Positions 1 to 10,520 of a DNA stretch of 34,462 nucleotides are shown here, one piece after another. Each line of letters opens with the position of its first letter. Positions within the stretch are counted from its first letter, which is position 1. This stretch comes from a virus. The notes beneath the pieces were generated by a model that saw only the letters and a program-made list of their open reading frames with translations, had not been told where the DNA came from and ran no database searches. Location: UHGV virus genome UHGV-1637875. The stretch is one strand, 5' to 3'. Both the position numbers and the translations under genes were made by a program.

Positions 1-506
1 TCCGATCTAGCGATACCGCCGCCACCGCCTCCTCCGCCACAAATTACTCCACCATTATTAATTCTTAACCGACCACCAATGTCATTTTGAATACAATGTC
101 CACCCTGTTGACCATTACCATCTCCACCAGAATGAGTCCATCCACCTTGTCCACCTCTGCCCCACATATGAGCTCCACCGCTAATATTCAACTGAACATA
201 TTCATTTGGTGTATCTCCATACATGAAGAATAAAGGAACATCTCTAGAATATGATACCAAATTTCCTGTGATATTAAACACTATAGGTGCACTACCTGCC
301 TCAAAACATCTATCTCGGAACCATTGACCATTGAAGTTATGGTCTGCTCCAAGCGTGTGAATAATTTCTCTTGAGCGACCTGCAAATTGACTCATCCAGC
401 AAGGAATACCCAATCTTAATTGACCAGCCGCTTGACTCATCCATCGTTGTCCTGTTTCATTTACGGATGAACTTCCAATCCAACCAGGAACACCAACTAC
501 TGCCAT
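1..506 (-). CDS. 38: Tail-fibre tip adhesin gp38, T2-type (partial; C-terminus runs off the window start)
   Basis: Minus-strand ATG at 506-504 with GGAG 6 nt upstream. My translation gives [63 protein letters not shown]...[30 protein letters not shown], matching the T2/K3/Ox2-type gp38 N-terminal domain followed by glycine-rich motifs. Lies directly downstream of gene 37. Confidence 0.85.
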   Translation of the reverse strand, partial: MAVVGVPGWIGSSSVNETGQRWMSQAAGQLRLGIPCWMSQFAGRSREIIHTLGADHNFNGQWFRDRCFEAGSAPIVFNITGNLVSYSRDVPLFFMYGDTPNEYVQLNISGGAHMWGRGGQGGWTHSGGDGNGQQGGHCIQNDIGGRLRINNGGVICGGGGGGGGIARS

Positions 507-517
507 AATTTTCTCCA

Positions 518-534
518 AAGGGGCAAAGCCCCTT
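518..534 (-). promoter_or_regulatory. Intercistronic GC-rich hairpin between the gene 37 stop and the gene 38 ribosome-binding site
   Basis: Perfect palindrome aaggggc-aaa-gcccctt (7-bp stem, 3-nt loop) 4 nt after the gene 37 stop and just 5' of the GGAG for gene 38. No U-run follows, so probably an RNA stability or translational-coupling element rather than a terminator. Confidence 0.4.
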
Positions 535-538
535 GTTG

Positions 539-3505
539 TTAGAATTTAAAATAATTGCTAATTTTACGAGCAATTTTAGTGAAGAAAGGTGTTTTCAATT
601 CTTTAATTTCTTCACTCATTTCCTGAATAGCCTTAATTAAAAGAGCATTCACAGCAGAGTTAGAAATTGTCAGAACATCAGATCCATCAACTTCAACTTT
701 AGATACAGCTTCCGGTAATTCCTTTTCAAGGTCCTGAGCAATAATACCAACTTCACGTTTAATAACACTACGGTCTTTAATAGACTTAACTTTATCGTAA
801 ATATAAACTTTCAGTCGGCAAACTTTTTCGACCGCTCCATATTCTAATTCTTCTTTATTAATCTTGAGACGGGAGTCAGAACGAATATACACATCGCTAA
901 AGCTACCATTTCCTGGTGTATAAAAGAATCCATCATGATGGAATTCAAACACAGCTTGTGGGTGTTCAGCATCAGGAGAAGCCTCCGTGGATCCGACACG
1001 AATGATTGCTTGCCCCCACTGTGATGGAATACGACGCATACCAAAGTCAACAGCGGTGCTATATCCTTGATTGGTTATAACGCTTCTTGCTTTAAGAATA
1101 GGATAATAACATTCCTGTGAAACATAACCATGATCAACGAATAATGGAGCTTCTACTCGCCATTGGTTGCCCCAATCACCCGGTTGTCTAGCAATCCATC
1201 CAGAACCGTTAATGTGTACACGGTCACGGTTAACGTTAACCATTGCGGTATTTTGCGGGTTTAACGCAATCTCACCATTGTTTGTGATATGTACTGCCGC
1301 CTGAGAAGCATAGCTATAAAATGCTAGCGAATTATCAGCACCACCCTTACCAATATACCAGTTATTAGTCCCGTCTACGTCACCACGAATATACAAAGAA
1401 TTACTAGCAGGTGCTGATAATACAATAGAATCACCCGGACGTTTAATAATCAATCTACCATCGGATTCAACTTCACCAAAGAATTTAGTTTTAATTGCAC
1501 CAGTCGCTAAAGTACGTTCAGTAGAAAAATGAACTCCTTTGCTGTCTTCTAACTGAATAATGTTATCACGCGCATTATTACTATCACCCCAATGGTTAAA
1601 TTTAAAATAATCTCGTGATCCTAAACGTCCGGCGTCAAAAGTCATCAAGCCTTTTATATTAATATCACCACCAAAAAATGCGGTGAGAGAATCACGTTTT
1701 AATTTTAAAACGTTAGCACCACTAGTACCACCTAAAGTAACATCACCAGTTCTCAATTCATAACGGAAAGGTCTATTTGTATTAAAGTTTCCATCTTGAT
1801 CATCTTCGTCGGTGGAAAGAATATAAAGACTCTCTCCATCATTACGGAAAAATGTACCAAATTTTCCGCCATACAGGCGGAACGCATTCAATGCGCGAAA
1901 TTTAACTTCTGTATTAAAAGTTGTAGTTGATTTAAACGTGGTTGCAGCACCGAAGTTAACTGCGCCATTAAAATCTTGCTGCGCTGTCCATTTGTGGCGA
2001 CCATCTTCAAGAACAACACGACGAACTGTGCAAGTTCTATTTCCTGAATTACCGAATACACGAACGACAAAATAACGGTCGTTTGTCTGGGATACAGTAC
2101 CGCGCCAAACCTGAACAGTGCGCCCTGTGCTAGTATGTTCGCTAGGACCGACAGAAAACATAACCAAGTTTCCATTAATCGTCCCCCAATCCATATTTGC
2201 TGGCATGTTCTTTATTTTATTCAAAGGAACGCTAAACATACTACCAGGGACAAAATCAAAGGTTTGCCAATCTAACTCCGCTAATTGAGCTTTAATACCA
2301 CCCATACCCAAAGTAATTGGCAGAGAATAAGATGTATATACTTCGTTCCATGCACCCCAAACACCGCCGGTATATGCGCGCTCAAAAATACGATCGCGGG
2401 TAGTTGCACCCGTTCCGGCAGTAGTAAATTTTTGGAAAATAGCACCGCCAGAAGCACGCTGTTTAACTTCCAGCAAACCAACAATAACAGTCGGCAAACC
2501 TTCACCGGTAGGACAGTTAATAACGGCATCAGTGCCTAAAATATTATATAACCCAGGAGTTTTAAAATCATTCAGATCTCCATCATAAAAAGTCGCTGGT
2601 GTGACATTACCGACTTGTTGCCACGGTCCCCATTTAGGCGCAGAAGCATCCCACGCAGCAGCAAGACAGCGAGTATAAACAACACCAAATCTGGTCGTAT
2701 ATCTCTGTGTGCGAGAATAGTTTCCACCTTCATATACTTCTAAAAGTCCTTGAGCTGACGACCCCTCTTCTGGGAAATTTCTGTCAAAGGTAGCAATAGA
2801 ATTTGAACTATTTCGCCACAAACCAAAGTGTTCAGCGCCTCCTAGATCATTAAGATCAATTGTTGTTGACAGTGGACGAGTACCGGATTGAATATTTCGC
2901 CACACACTCCACGGACCATTTACTCCGTTCCATGTAGCAGTCAAGGAACGAATATAAACATTTCCGTATCTAGTTGTATATCTCTGAGTACCAGCAAATT
3001 GACCGGCCACAAATACTTCTAGCACACCTACAGCATTTTCTTCTGGAAATTTATTTGCTGGTTGAGCGTTGGTTGAAGTTGCTTTCGACCAAACACCAAG
3101 ATATTCTTCAACAGGCCCATACTCATCTAAATTAGCATCAACAGGTAATTCGCCATTATTTTTTATAAATGTTGTGCTATTGACATTTATGTCAGATGGA
3201 GTTAGCGTGATATCCTTTGACCCATCAAAGGATATACCATTAATTTTTCGTGCTGTTTTTAATTTCGTTGCAGTTGCAGCGTTACCTGTTAAATTTCCAA
3301 TTATATTTCCATTAACAGTTAAAGAACCATCAATTGTTCCTCCATATTTTAAACCTAATTCTATAACACTACCTGAGTCATCTTTTGTGAAAATTGTTTT
3401 ATCTTTTAAGTTTATAGCCAATTCACCTTCGGCTAATACTGAAGCAGCAGGACGTTGACCTGCAGTTTTGCTTCTTTTAAATTGTATTTGTTTTAAAGTA
3501 GCCAT
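539..3505 (-). CDS. 37: Long tail fibre distal subunit gp37 with C-terminal intramolecular chaperone domain
   Basis: 988-aa ORF. N-terminus [35 protein letters not shown] is the conserved gp37 N-terminus. The last ~113 aa (from [12 protein letters not shown]..., about 542-880) look like the self-cleaving intramolecular chaperone found in endosialidase-type tail fibres. The T4-type His-box tip is absent. Confidence 0.9.
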   Translation of the reverse strand: MATLKQIQFKRSKTAGQRPAASVLAEGELAINLKDKTIFTKDDSGSVIELGLKYGGTIDGSLTVNGNIIGNLTGNAATATKLKTARKINGISFDGSKDITLTPSDINVNSTTFIKNNGELPVDANLDEYGPVEEYLGVWSKATSTNAQPANKFPEENAVGVLEVFVAGQFAGTQRYTTRYGNVYIRSLTATWNGVNGPWSVWRNIQSGTRPLSTTIDLNDLGGAEHFGLWRNSSNSIATFDRNFPEEGSSAQGLLEVYEGGNYSRTQRYTTRFGVVYTRCLAAAWDASAPKWGPWQQVGNVTPATFYDGDLNDFKTPGLYNILGTDAVINCPTGEGLPTVIVGLLEVKQRASGGAIFQKFTTAGTGATTRDRIFERAYTGGVWGAWNEVYTSYSLPITLGMGGIKAQLAELDWQTFDFVPGSMFSVPLNKIKNMPANMDWGTINGNLVMFSVGPSEHTSTGRTVQVWRGTVSQTNDRYFVVRVFGNSGNRTCTVRRVVLEDGRHKWTAQQDFNGAVNFGAATTFKSTTTFNTEVKFRALNAFRLYGGKFGTFFRNDGESLYILSTDEDDQDGNFNTNRPFRYELRTGDVTLGGTSGANVLKLKRDSLTAFFGGDINIKGLMTFDAGRLGSRDYFKFNHWGDSNNARDNIIQLEDSKGVHFSTERTLATGAIKTKFFGEVESDGRLIIKRPGDSIVLSAPASNSLYIRGDVDGTNNWYIGKGGADNSLAFYSYASQAAVHITNNGEIALNPQNTAMVNVNRDRVHINGSGWIARQPGDWGNQWRVEAPLFVDHGYVSQECYYPILKARSVITNQGYSTAVDFGMRRIPSQWGQAIIRVGSTEASPDAEHPQAVFEFHHDGFFYTPGNGSFSDVYIRSDSRLKINKEELEYGAVEKVCRLKVYIYDKVKSIKDRSVIKREVGIIAQDLEKELPEAVSKVEVDGSDVLTISNSAVNALLIKAIQEMSEEIKELKTPFFTKIARKISNYFKF

Positions 3506-3513
3506 AAGTCCTC

Positions 3514-4164
3514 TTAATAATAGCCGAAATCTTGAACAGAATCCTTAATTACGATTTGGTCAAATCGTGGAACGTGTGAAGGTTGAGATGCAGGATTCTG
3601 TGAAAAAAGGTTTGGCGCAGTTAAATTTCCTGTCATAGTGTCTCCAGAGCGTAATACCCTAGAGTTTGCATTTGTTGTAACAGTATTTATTGCTCCATCA
3701 ACATAATCTTTACGAGTAACATCAGATGCTGCGGAAGGAGTAGATGTAACAGTTACAGATGGAGCCGTTACAGCCCTGGTAAATGTTGTCAAACCTTCTG
3801 GTGTAATAGTAATTTGTCCAGTAGTGATTTCACTACCTGCAGGTCTAAAACTAATACCGCCGGAAGAGCCACCAACTACAAGAGTATTACCGGTACCGCC
3901 ACCAGAACGAATTCGAATGGGGGTTTCATTATTACTTAATTGAAGATAACTATTTACCCCGTAATTAATAGTAATTGGACCGGTGTAAGTACCACCATTA
4001 GCTTTAGAAACGAAATCGTTATCAGCTGCCTGCGGTTTATTATATTCTGAATATATTTTAAATGATTTGTAGAGTACATCGTCACCGGCTGAATTCAATG
4101 GAAAATTTCCTTGATGCCAAATGACAGATCCACCTACAGTTGAACCTACTTTTAAATCAGCCAT
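3514..4164 (-). CDS. 36: Long tail fibre distal connector gp36
   Basis: 216-aa ORF (T4 gp36 is about 221 aa) between genes 35 and 37; start [12 protein letters not shown]; GAGGA ribosome-binding site; preceded by a late promoter. Confidence 0.85.
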   Translation of the reverse strand: MADLKVGSTVGGSVIWHQGNFPLNSAGDDVLYKSFKIYSEYNKPQAADNDFVSKANGGTYTGPITINYGVNSYLQLSNNETPIRIRSGGGTGNTLVVGGSSGGISFRPAGSEITTGQITITPEGLTTFTRAVTAPSVTVTSTPSAASDVTRKDYVDGAINTVTTNANSRVLRSGDTMTGNLTAPNLFSQNPASQPSHVPRFDQIVIKDSVQDFGYY

Positions 4165-4187
4165 TATATGCCCCTTTATTTTAATAT

Positions 4188-4195
4188 TATTTATA
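4188..4195 (-). promoter_or_regulatory. T4-type late promoter (TATAAATA) for gene 36
   Basis: Minus strand reads TATAAATA about 25 nt upstream of the gene 36 ATG, immediately after the gene 35 terminator hairpin. Confidence 0.6.
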
Positions 4196-4203
4196 AAGAA
4201 AAA

Positions 4204-4221
4204 GGGAACCCGAAGGCTCCC
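4204..4221 (-). terminator. Hairpin terminator after gene 35 (UUCG tetraloop)
   Basis: Minus-strand RNA GGGAGCC-UUCG-GGUUCCC (7-bp stem with one G-U pair) followed by UUUUUCUUU; sits 5 nt after the gene 35 stop. Confidence 0.6.
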
Positions 4222-4226
4222 TCAGT

Positions 4227-5342
4227 TTAAACTTCTCTAAATTCTTGCCCAAACACTTTGCCAGTTTTAGAAGAGGCTTGTGTAGGAAGTACCATTATAT
4301 CTGGAGGTGAAGCCGATTCGCAGACATAATTAACGCGAATACCGTTGACGCCAAATTCGGCAGGTTTTGAAATGCCGCCATTTCTTGATACTTCAGAAAA
4401 GCTTAAATTTCTCATGCCGCCTTGACCTGCTTGGGCAGTTCTTTGTGCATATATCGTAAATCCTACTGCATTTTCAGGAACAACTACATAATCTTCTTTT
4501 AATTCCCAAGACCCAGCTTGCCCAGTAAACTCAGCTTGGGTCGAGGAAATATATCCATTTGATGCATCATAAAAACGAATAGATATATTTGTAGTTCCAA
4601 GATCAAGTAAATCAGCATCAGCATATAGTTGTGCTTTAAGATAAAGAACATCACCAGGAATTAAATTGTAGTCAGAAAGTTTACTTATAGCAGCTGAAGT
4701 TGGCAATCGCGCAATTTCATTATTAGTTCCTCCAACCGCAGACATAAATTGCTCAACGCTTTCGTATGTTCTTTTAGGAAATCCTGTAGCTCCGACGTCT
4801 TCTAAACTATCAAATACAACATCTAACATAGTTTGATAGTCATCTGTGCTTTTTCTATTACTTAGTTTAACATGCTCTAATGCGATAGCTCTTTTAGAAG
4901 AAGTGTAAAAAGCAGCATATGACACGTCAAATCTTGACAATACTGAATCTGATGGAAAAACTGAAGTTCCTGCTCCCCTTAACCAAGATACCACTTCAGG
5001 AGGAAAATTAACCTTTCCGCTAGTTAATATAGCAACAAGTCTATTGTTTGACAAAGAATTCATGAAACTGACAAAAGCGGCAGATGTTGTATTGTTTGAA
5101 GCAGAAAAAGCATATGACTTGCTATCAACTAATGCTCCCGTAGAAGGGTCAAAAACTCTTAAATGAAGACCTGCACTAAATGTTTGATTTCCAACGGGAT
5201 TATCCTGAAATTTAACATATGGTCCCGCAGTAGAAAGCGGGCAAGAACCCGCTATGCTTATTTTATATCTTACTGAATTGCTTTCCGATAAAAATGGCGT
5301 TTGGACATATCCTTGTCCAAACTCTGCCATAAATTTTTCCAT
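4227..5342 (-). CDS. 35: Long tail fibre hinge/connector gp35
   Basis: 371-aa ORF (T4 gp35 is about 372 aa) between genes 34 and 36; AGAGG ribosome-binding site. Confidence 0.85.
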   Translation of the reverse strand: MEKFMAEFGQGYVQTPFLSESNSVRYKISIAGSCPLSTAGPYVKFQDNPVGNQTFSAGLHLRVFDPSTGALVDSKSYAFSASNNTTSAAFVSFMNSLSNNRLVAILTSGKVNFPPEVVSWLRGAGTSVFPSDSVLSRFDVSYAAFYTSSKRAIALEHVKLSNRKSTDDYQTMLDVVFDSLEDVGATGFPKRTYESVEQFMSAVGGTNNEIARLPTSAAISKLSDYNLIPGDVLYLKAQLYADADLLDLGTTNISIRFYDASNGYISSTQAEFTGQAGSWELKEDYVVVPENAVGFTIYAQRTAQAGQGGMRNLSFSEVSRNGGISKPAEFGVNGIRVNYVCESASPPDIMVLPTQASSKTGKVFGQEFREV

Positions 5343-5350
5343 AATACCTC

Positions 5351-8300
5351 TTATTCAATCCACTCAAATTTAACAGTTTTATTCACTGGGTCAGGAATAA
5401 TGCGAACATTACCAATTCGCAAGAAATCGCGAATAGTAAGATTACCTATTATTCCATTATCAGATGGGATCGCTCCTATATCTGAAGGTTGAGGAGGGTT
5501 ACCTCCGTCAAATACCTGAACAAAACTTGACCAAGAATTTTTAGTTTTCTGCCATGTACGTGTCCAGCGAGTGGTACGTGCTTCTGGGGTCGTTGGATAA
5601 GTAATCCAATCTTGGTAAAGTGAATCAAGTGTGTTACCAAACTGAGTCAATGTACCAGGAGATTTAACTTCTTCACCACGCTCCAAATAAGGAAGTCCAG
5701 TAACTTCGCTAGTTTTTTCAACCATTTTAAAATAACCTGGGAACTGGTTATAAGTAGCTGAATCATTAATATCAATTGACCAGAATCCTACAGTATCAGG
5801 TGTTGGCGCACGGGTATATAAATCAGAGGTTTTAGTACCCTGAGAACGAATTCTCGAGTTAACAGTCAAACCACCTGAATTTATAGTAGCACCTTTGGCG
5901 ATGATTAAGCTTTCACCAATCGTTACTTGACCAGATGCATTATTAATAGCTAATGGACGTAATCCATTAAATCCGCCACTCTGATCACCCGATGCAGTGA
6001 GCATAAAATTCGTTACTGACCCGTCATTGCGAACAATGAAACCATAATTTCCGTTAATAGCACGGAAAGCATTTGCGCTTCGAGAAATAATTTCACCAGT
6101 TGCAGTGACTGAATTACCAAATGTTGCTACACCATTTGCATTCAATGTTCCTGAAGCATTAACATTTATCGGTGTTACTGTGCCGTTGATATTAAATGTT
6201 ATATTTCCAGCTTTATTACGCTGAGAATAAAAATGACTAGACGTTTCATCACTAACTTCAAATACGGTAGAACGTGTTGTGTCTGATTCCCCGCTAAATT
6301 GATTTCCCCACACTCTGACTGTCATCGTTTGAGCTGGGTTCGTCCCAGTTTGAGGTCCTTTTTCAAAAATCAGACGAGTTGCCGTTCCAGTATTAGAAAT
6401 AGTTAGTGTACTATTTGCTGAAACTGATCCACCAAACGTAGCAGTACTAGATGATACAAGAGGGGCACTCAGGTTCGTTTGTTTGGTTAAGGTTAGTGAA
6501 CCATTAACTGTCTGGGCAATATCCCTACGAATGAACTGAGATGAATCTAGACCATCTAATAAATTTGCGTCAGCAGCTTTTGCTTTTAACGGCAAATAAT
6601 TTGCTAATACACGGTTTAATTCATATGGTGATACTGCATAACCATTTTTCTCATATAGTTCTAAGTCCTGCGTAGAACCAGCTGTATCATTACCAACGAA
6701 CGTAATTGAACCAGATGAGGTTTTAACAAAACCTCTTATCGCAGTAGTAGCTGCCCAAGTAGGTTCACTCTGCACAATCCATTTTAAATTTTTTGGAGAT
6801 ACAGCAGTATTTGCTGACGTTCCAGTCACGGTTTCAGACTGAGTTGCAACTTTAATAACACCTTCTTGCGATTCGGTAGATTTAGTACCTAAAAGCTTTT
6901 TAGGAGTTATTAAAACATTATCTAATTTTCCTGCAGCAGCTTCAACTTGTGTAGCTACACGAAGTGTACCACGTTGTGTCTCATTTGCTTCAAGAATATT
7001 AAGGGTATAATGGTCCCAGAGAGTTCCTGATTCAACTAATCCAGATAGAGCAACAACAGAAGTACGATCAGTACTATTAAATCTAGTTTTAATTTTTAAT
7101 GGTGTAGAGATACGAGTATCGTCGACGCCTGCGTCGAATTCAACTTGTGTAGCAATTTCAGCTATACCACTTAAACTTTCAGTTGCTCTACGGTTATTTA
7201 AAGTTTTAGGAGTGACTGCGCGAGTATAATCAGTTCCTGTATTAACTTCACTTTGCGTAGCAATTTCAATTAAACCAATTCTTCTATCAGTTGATGTCTT
7301 TTTATGTAACGTTTCTGGCGTTACAACCGCATTTGCCCATCCTTCTTGGCTTTGTCCAGCAATTACTTCACTTTCAACTGCTAAAATTACTGCACCTTGC
7401 TGTGTTGGAGTAGCTTTATACTGATCCAGTGCTTTAGGCGAAACAACTAAATTATTAGTGTTTTTATTGTAAACATTTGTACCATTTAATTCACGACTAG
7501 AAGCTGGGGTAGCTCCTGCGGTAGATACAAAAGTTACAATACCTGATAATGATTCAGAACCTTGACGAGCTTGAAGCTTTTTAGGAGTGATGATTGTAGT
7601 ATCATCGATACCTGTATTAGTTTCCTGCTGCGTAGCAATTTCAGCAACACCTCTACGAGTTTCTGTAGCAGTTCTTTCATTCAGCTTTTTAGGAGTGATG
7701 ATAAGGTCATCAGCAAAAGAGAATGTAGTGTTCTGATTTACTTGAGCAGTAGTTGCTATTCTTGCGATACCTCTACGAGTTTCTGTAGCAGTACGGTTAG
7801 CTAATGTTTCTGGAGTAATTGCTAATTCTTTTTGTGGAGAATTTTCTAAATCGACGTTAGCTTGGGCTTGTGTAGCTAAAGCAATTACGCCTAATCTTGC
7901 TCTAGTAGAATTATTTAAAGAATCGACTCTTTCAACTGTTGGAACGTTTTGTTGTACTACCCAGTATTTTCCGTCAGAATCTTCAATATAAGCAAGCTGT
8001 AAAACTGGAACATAATTAGTTTCACCGTTAAAAACTAATTCTTGAACAGTCACCCATTCAGCTTCAGGTTGATATTCTGAGCGTTTTGGGAATTGCAGCA
8101 ATTGAACTGAAGAAGCAATTTTATCTTCACCGGCAGCTTTGATTTTAACTGTTTGTCCTTTTCTCATGTAATTCATGGAAATTTTAACAGTATCACCAAC
8201 AGAAATATTAGTTGGAAGCTGAAGTTCAATCGTTTGAGTTGTTCCATTATTCGCACCAAATACCATAACTTCTTCATTTGGACGAATGTTTGAATTAGTC

Positions 8301-9220
8301 GTTATAATGCGTAAACGTGCTTTACTATCCCCGTCAAACAATCTCCATAATTTTTCACTATCATCAAACATCAAGAAACCGTCAATCGATGTACGGCCTT
8401 CAATGGAATGAGTTCCAACTTCTTGTACTGAAGTTGTTTCATCATATGTCGTGACAATTGTATGATAAAGTGGATTTAATTTATCTAAATCAACGAAATT
8501 AATAATATCGCCATGATTAGCAAATCTCGGAAGTTTAATATTAATCGGCGCTGCGGAAGTAAATCTACGCACGATAAAATCATTAGATTGTGCTTGATAT
8601 GCAGTCGATGGAGTAACAATTGCAGCTTCTCTGCTATAATCAGCAACATACATTTGCCACAAACGATTATTAAAAATGAATATCATCTGTGACTTTGGAT
8701 GAGTCATTAAAACTGAACGTACTTGTTCACCTCTAAAATTAACAATGCTCTGATTTGAAGAACTTATTTTAACCTGATTTATACCAGGTTTTCCACCGAT
8801 ATCTTGAATTATTACTGTTTCTCCATCGAGCGGAGAAGGTGGTAAAGTAAACTCAATGTCATTACCAACTGATGTATCTACTGAAATTGCTTTTCCGGAT
8901 TTTAATTGATATGGTCCAGATGATACAGTTGTATATACGGCATCAGTACGTAATGCTTTCCAACGAATTCTATTAAAATTTCCAGCAGGTTTTGGAATAT
9001 TATCCGTTGCTGCCCAAAAACGATTATTATAAATGATTACAAAATCTTTTAAATATCCACGAGTTGGATCATATTGCTGAACTGTGTTTTCTTGAATTAA
9101 GTAATCAACGTTAACACCGTCAGTTCCTACGGTACGATCAGCTAAAGCTACGTTGATTATTTTATCGCCACCTGCGTCCAGACCATCTTCTGCTCTGAAC
9201 TTTCTTTTAATCTCGGCCAT
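5351..9220 (-). CDS. 34: Long tail fibre proximal subunit gp34
   Basis: 1289-aa ORF, the same length as T4 gp34; contains multiple ~40-aa fibre repeats (TExxxG...ATQ...TPKxL); preceded by a late promoter. Confidence 0.9.
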   Translation of the reverse strand: MAEIKRKFRAEDGLDAGGDKIINVALADRTVGTDGVNVDYLIQENTVQQYDPTRGYLKDFVIIYNNRFWAATDNIPKPAGNFNRIRWKALRTDAVYTTVSSGPYQLKSGKAISVDTSVGNDIEFTLPPSPLDGETVIIQDIGGKPGINQVKISSSNQSIVNFRGEQVRSVLMTHPKSQMIFIFNNRLWQMYVADYSREAAIVTPSTAYQAQSNDFIVRRFTSAAPINIKLPRFANHGDIINFVDLDKLNPLYHTIVTTYDETTSVQEVGTHSIEGRTSIDGFLMFDDSEKLWRLFDGDSKARLRIITTNSNIRPNEEVMVFGANNGTTQTIELQLPTNISVGDTVKISMNYMRKGQTVKIKAAGEDKIASSVQLLQFPKRSEYQPEAEWVTVQELVFNGETNYVPVLQLAYIEDSDGKYWVVQQNVPTVERVDSLNNSTRARLGVIALATQAQANVDLENSPQKELAITPETLANRTATETRRGIARIATTAQVNQNTTFSFADDLIITPKKLNERTATETRRGVAEIATQQETNTGIDDTTIITPKKLQARQGSESLSGIVTFVSTAGATPASSRELNGTNVYNKNTNNLVVSPKALDQYKATPTQQGAVILAVESEVIAGQSQEGWANAVVTPETLHKKTSTDRRIGLIEIATQSEVNTGTDYTRAVTPKTLNNRRATESLSGIAEIATQVEFDAGVDDTRISTPLKIKTRFNSTDRTSVVALSGLVESGTLWDHYTLNILEANETQRGTLRVATQVEAAAGKLDNVLITPKKLLGTKSTESQEGVIKVATQSETVTGTSANTAVSPKNLKWIVQSEPTWAATTAIRGFVKTSSGSITFVGNDTAGSTQDLELYEKNGYAVSPYELNRVLANYLPLKAKAADANLLDGLDSSQFIRRDIAQTVNGSLTLTKQTNLSAPLVSSSTATFGGSVSANSTLTISNTGTATRLIFEKGPQTGTNPAQTMTVRVWGNQFSGESDTTRSTVFEVSDETSSHFYSQRNKAGNITFNINGTVTPINVNASGTLNANGVATFGNSVTATGEIISRSANAFRAINGNYGFIVRNDGSVTNFMLTASGDQSGGFNGLRPLAINNASGQVTIGESLIIAKGATINSGGLTVNSRIRSQGTKTSDLYTRAPTPDTVGFWSIDINDSATYNQFPGYFKMVEKTSEVTGLPYLERGEEVKSPGTLTQFGNTLDSLYQDWITYPTTPEARTTRWTRTWQKTKNSWSSFVQVFDGGNPPQPSDIGAIPSDNGIIGNLTIRDFLRIGNVRIIPDPVNKTVKFEWIE
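7570..7800 (-). repeat. Tandem direct DNA repeats (about 110-120-bp period) inside gene 34
   Basis: Perfect 24-bp repeat acctctacgagtttctgtagcagt at 7649-7672 and 7769-7792; agctttttaggagtgatgat at about 7574-7593 and 7683-7702. These encode the repeated fibre motif. Confidence 0.7.
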
Positions 9221-9254
9221 TCTCCCGGGCTCCTATTGTGTTTTCAATAATAAG

Positions 9255-9262
9255 TATTTATA
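9255..9262 (-). promoter_or_regulatory. T4-type late promoter (TATAAATA) for gene 34
   Basis: Minus strand reads TATAAATA about 35 nt upstream of the gene 34 ATG (9220). Confidence 0.6.
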
Positions 9263-9266
9263 CCTG

Positions 9267-9295
9267 TTTACTTTAAGATTTAGATAGTATATAAT
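9267..9295 (+). promoter_or_regulatory. Early promoter for rnh
   Basis: gTTTACT (-35), 17-bp spacer, TATAAT (-10 at 9290-9295), about 30 nt upstream of the rnh ATG. It is divergent from, and partly interleaved with, the gene 34 late promoter. Confidence 0.55.
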
Positions 9296-9324
9296 AGAAA
9301 TCTCACTAATTGAACGAGGTTCAT

Positions 9325-10242
9325 ATGGATTTAGAAATGATGCTGGATGAAGATTACAAAGAAGGAATTTGCTTTATTGACTTTAGTCAAATTGCTCTTT
9401 CAACTGCTCTGGTAAACTTCCCAGATAAAGAAAAAATTAATTTATCAATGGTTCGTCATTTGATATTGAACTCAATTAAGTTTAATGTCAAAAAAGCAAA
9501 AACGCTTGGATACACTAAAATTGTACTGTGTATTGATAACGCGAAATCTGGATACTGGCGTCGTGATTTCGCTTATTATTATAAGAAAAACCGTGGAAAA
9601 GCACGAGAAGAATCTACTTGGGACTGGGAAGGTTATTTTGAATCCAGTCATAAAGTTATAGATGAATTGAAAGCTTATATGCCATACATCGTTATGGATA
9701 TTGATAAGTATGAAGCAGATGACCATATTGCTGTTCTTGTTAAAAAGTTCTCTTTAGAAGGGCATAAGATTTTAATCATTTCATCGGATGGTGACTTTAC
9801 TCAACTTCACAAATACCCAAATGTTAAGCAATGGTCACCGATGCACAAGAAATGGGTTAAAATTAAAAGCGGTTCTGCTGAAATTGATTGTATGACTAAA
9901 ATTCTTAAGGGTGACAAAAAGGATAACGTTGCTTCAGTTAAAGTACGTTCTGACTTTTGGTTTACCAGAGTTGAAGGTGAACGGACTCCTTCAATGAAAA
10001 CTTCAATCGTTGAAGCTATTGCTAATGACCGTGAGCAAGCTAAGGTGCTTCTCACAGAATCTGAATATAATCGTTATAAAGAAAATTTAGTTCTAATTGA
10101 TTTTGATTATATTCCTGATAATATTGCTTCAAACATTGTGAATTACTATAATTCATATAAATTACCACTGCGTGGCAAAATTTATTCATATTTTGTAAAA
10201 GCAGGTCTTTCTAAATTAACTAATAGCATTAATGAATTTTGA
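9325..10242 (+). CDS. rnh: RNase H (5'-3' exonuclease / flap endonuclease)
   Basis: 305-aa product from the ATG at 9325 (MDLEMMLDEDYKEGICFIDF...), matching T4 RNase H in sequence and length; GAGG 5 nt upstream. The ORF-track start at 9310 is a TTG. Confidence 0.9.
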   Translation: MDLEMMLDEDYKEGICFIDFSQIALSTALVNFPDKEKINLSMVRHLILNSIKFNVKKAKTLGYTKIVLCIDNAKSGYWRRDFAYYYKKNRGKAREESTWDWEGYFESSHKVIDELKAYMPYIVMDIDKYEADDHIAVLVKKFSLEGHKILIISSDGDFTQLHKYPNVKQWSPMHKKWVKIKSGSAEIDCMTKILKGDKKDNVASVKVRSDFWFTRVEGERTPSMKTSIVEAIANDREQAKVLLTESEYNRYKENLVLIDFDYIPDNIASNIVNYYNSYKLPLRGKIYSYFVKAGLSKLTNSINEF

Positions 10243-10250
10243 GGTGAATA

Positions 10251-10520
10251 ATGGCTAAAAAAGAAATGGTTGAATTTGATGAAGCTATCCATGGCGAAGA
10301 CTTGGCTAAATTTATTAAAGAAGCATCTGACCATAAACTGAAAATTTCCGGTTATAATGAACTGATTAAAGATATTCGAATTCGTGCCAAAGATGAACTT
10401 GGCGTTGATGGTAAGATGTTTAATCGTCTATTAGCTTTGTATCATAAAGATAACCGTGATGTGTTTGAAGCTGAAACTGAAGAGGTAGTTGAACTTTATG
10501 ACACAGTTTTCTCTAAATGA
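10251..10520 (+). CDS. dsbA: Double-stranded DNA-binding protein DsbA
   Basis: 89 aa, MAKKEMVEFDEAIHGEDLAKFIKEASDHKLKISGYNELIKD..., in the position between rnh and gene 33. Confidence 0.85.
   Translation: MAKKEMVEFDEAIHGEDLAKFIKEASDHKLKISGYNELIKDIRIRAKDELGVDGKMFNRLLALYHKDNRDVFEAETEEVVELYDTVFSK

Noticed and set aside
844-3458. Track ORFs nested inside gene 37 (844-1050, 1888-2175, 2281-2529 on the minus strand; 2285-2539 and 3069-3458 on the plus strand)
   Set aside because: They lie wholly within the long, well-supported gp37 reading frame, have no ribosome-binding sites and have low-complexity translations; treated as frame artefacts.
5301-7804. Plus-strand ORFs 5301-5492 and 7562-7804 opposite genes 34 and 35
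   Set aside because: Antisense to confirmed tail-fibre genes. The 7562-7804 ORF is open only because of the internal DNA repeats (its translation repeats LFRSDD and TSTSFCSS).
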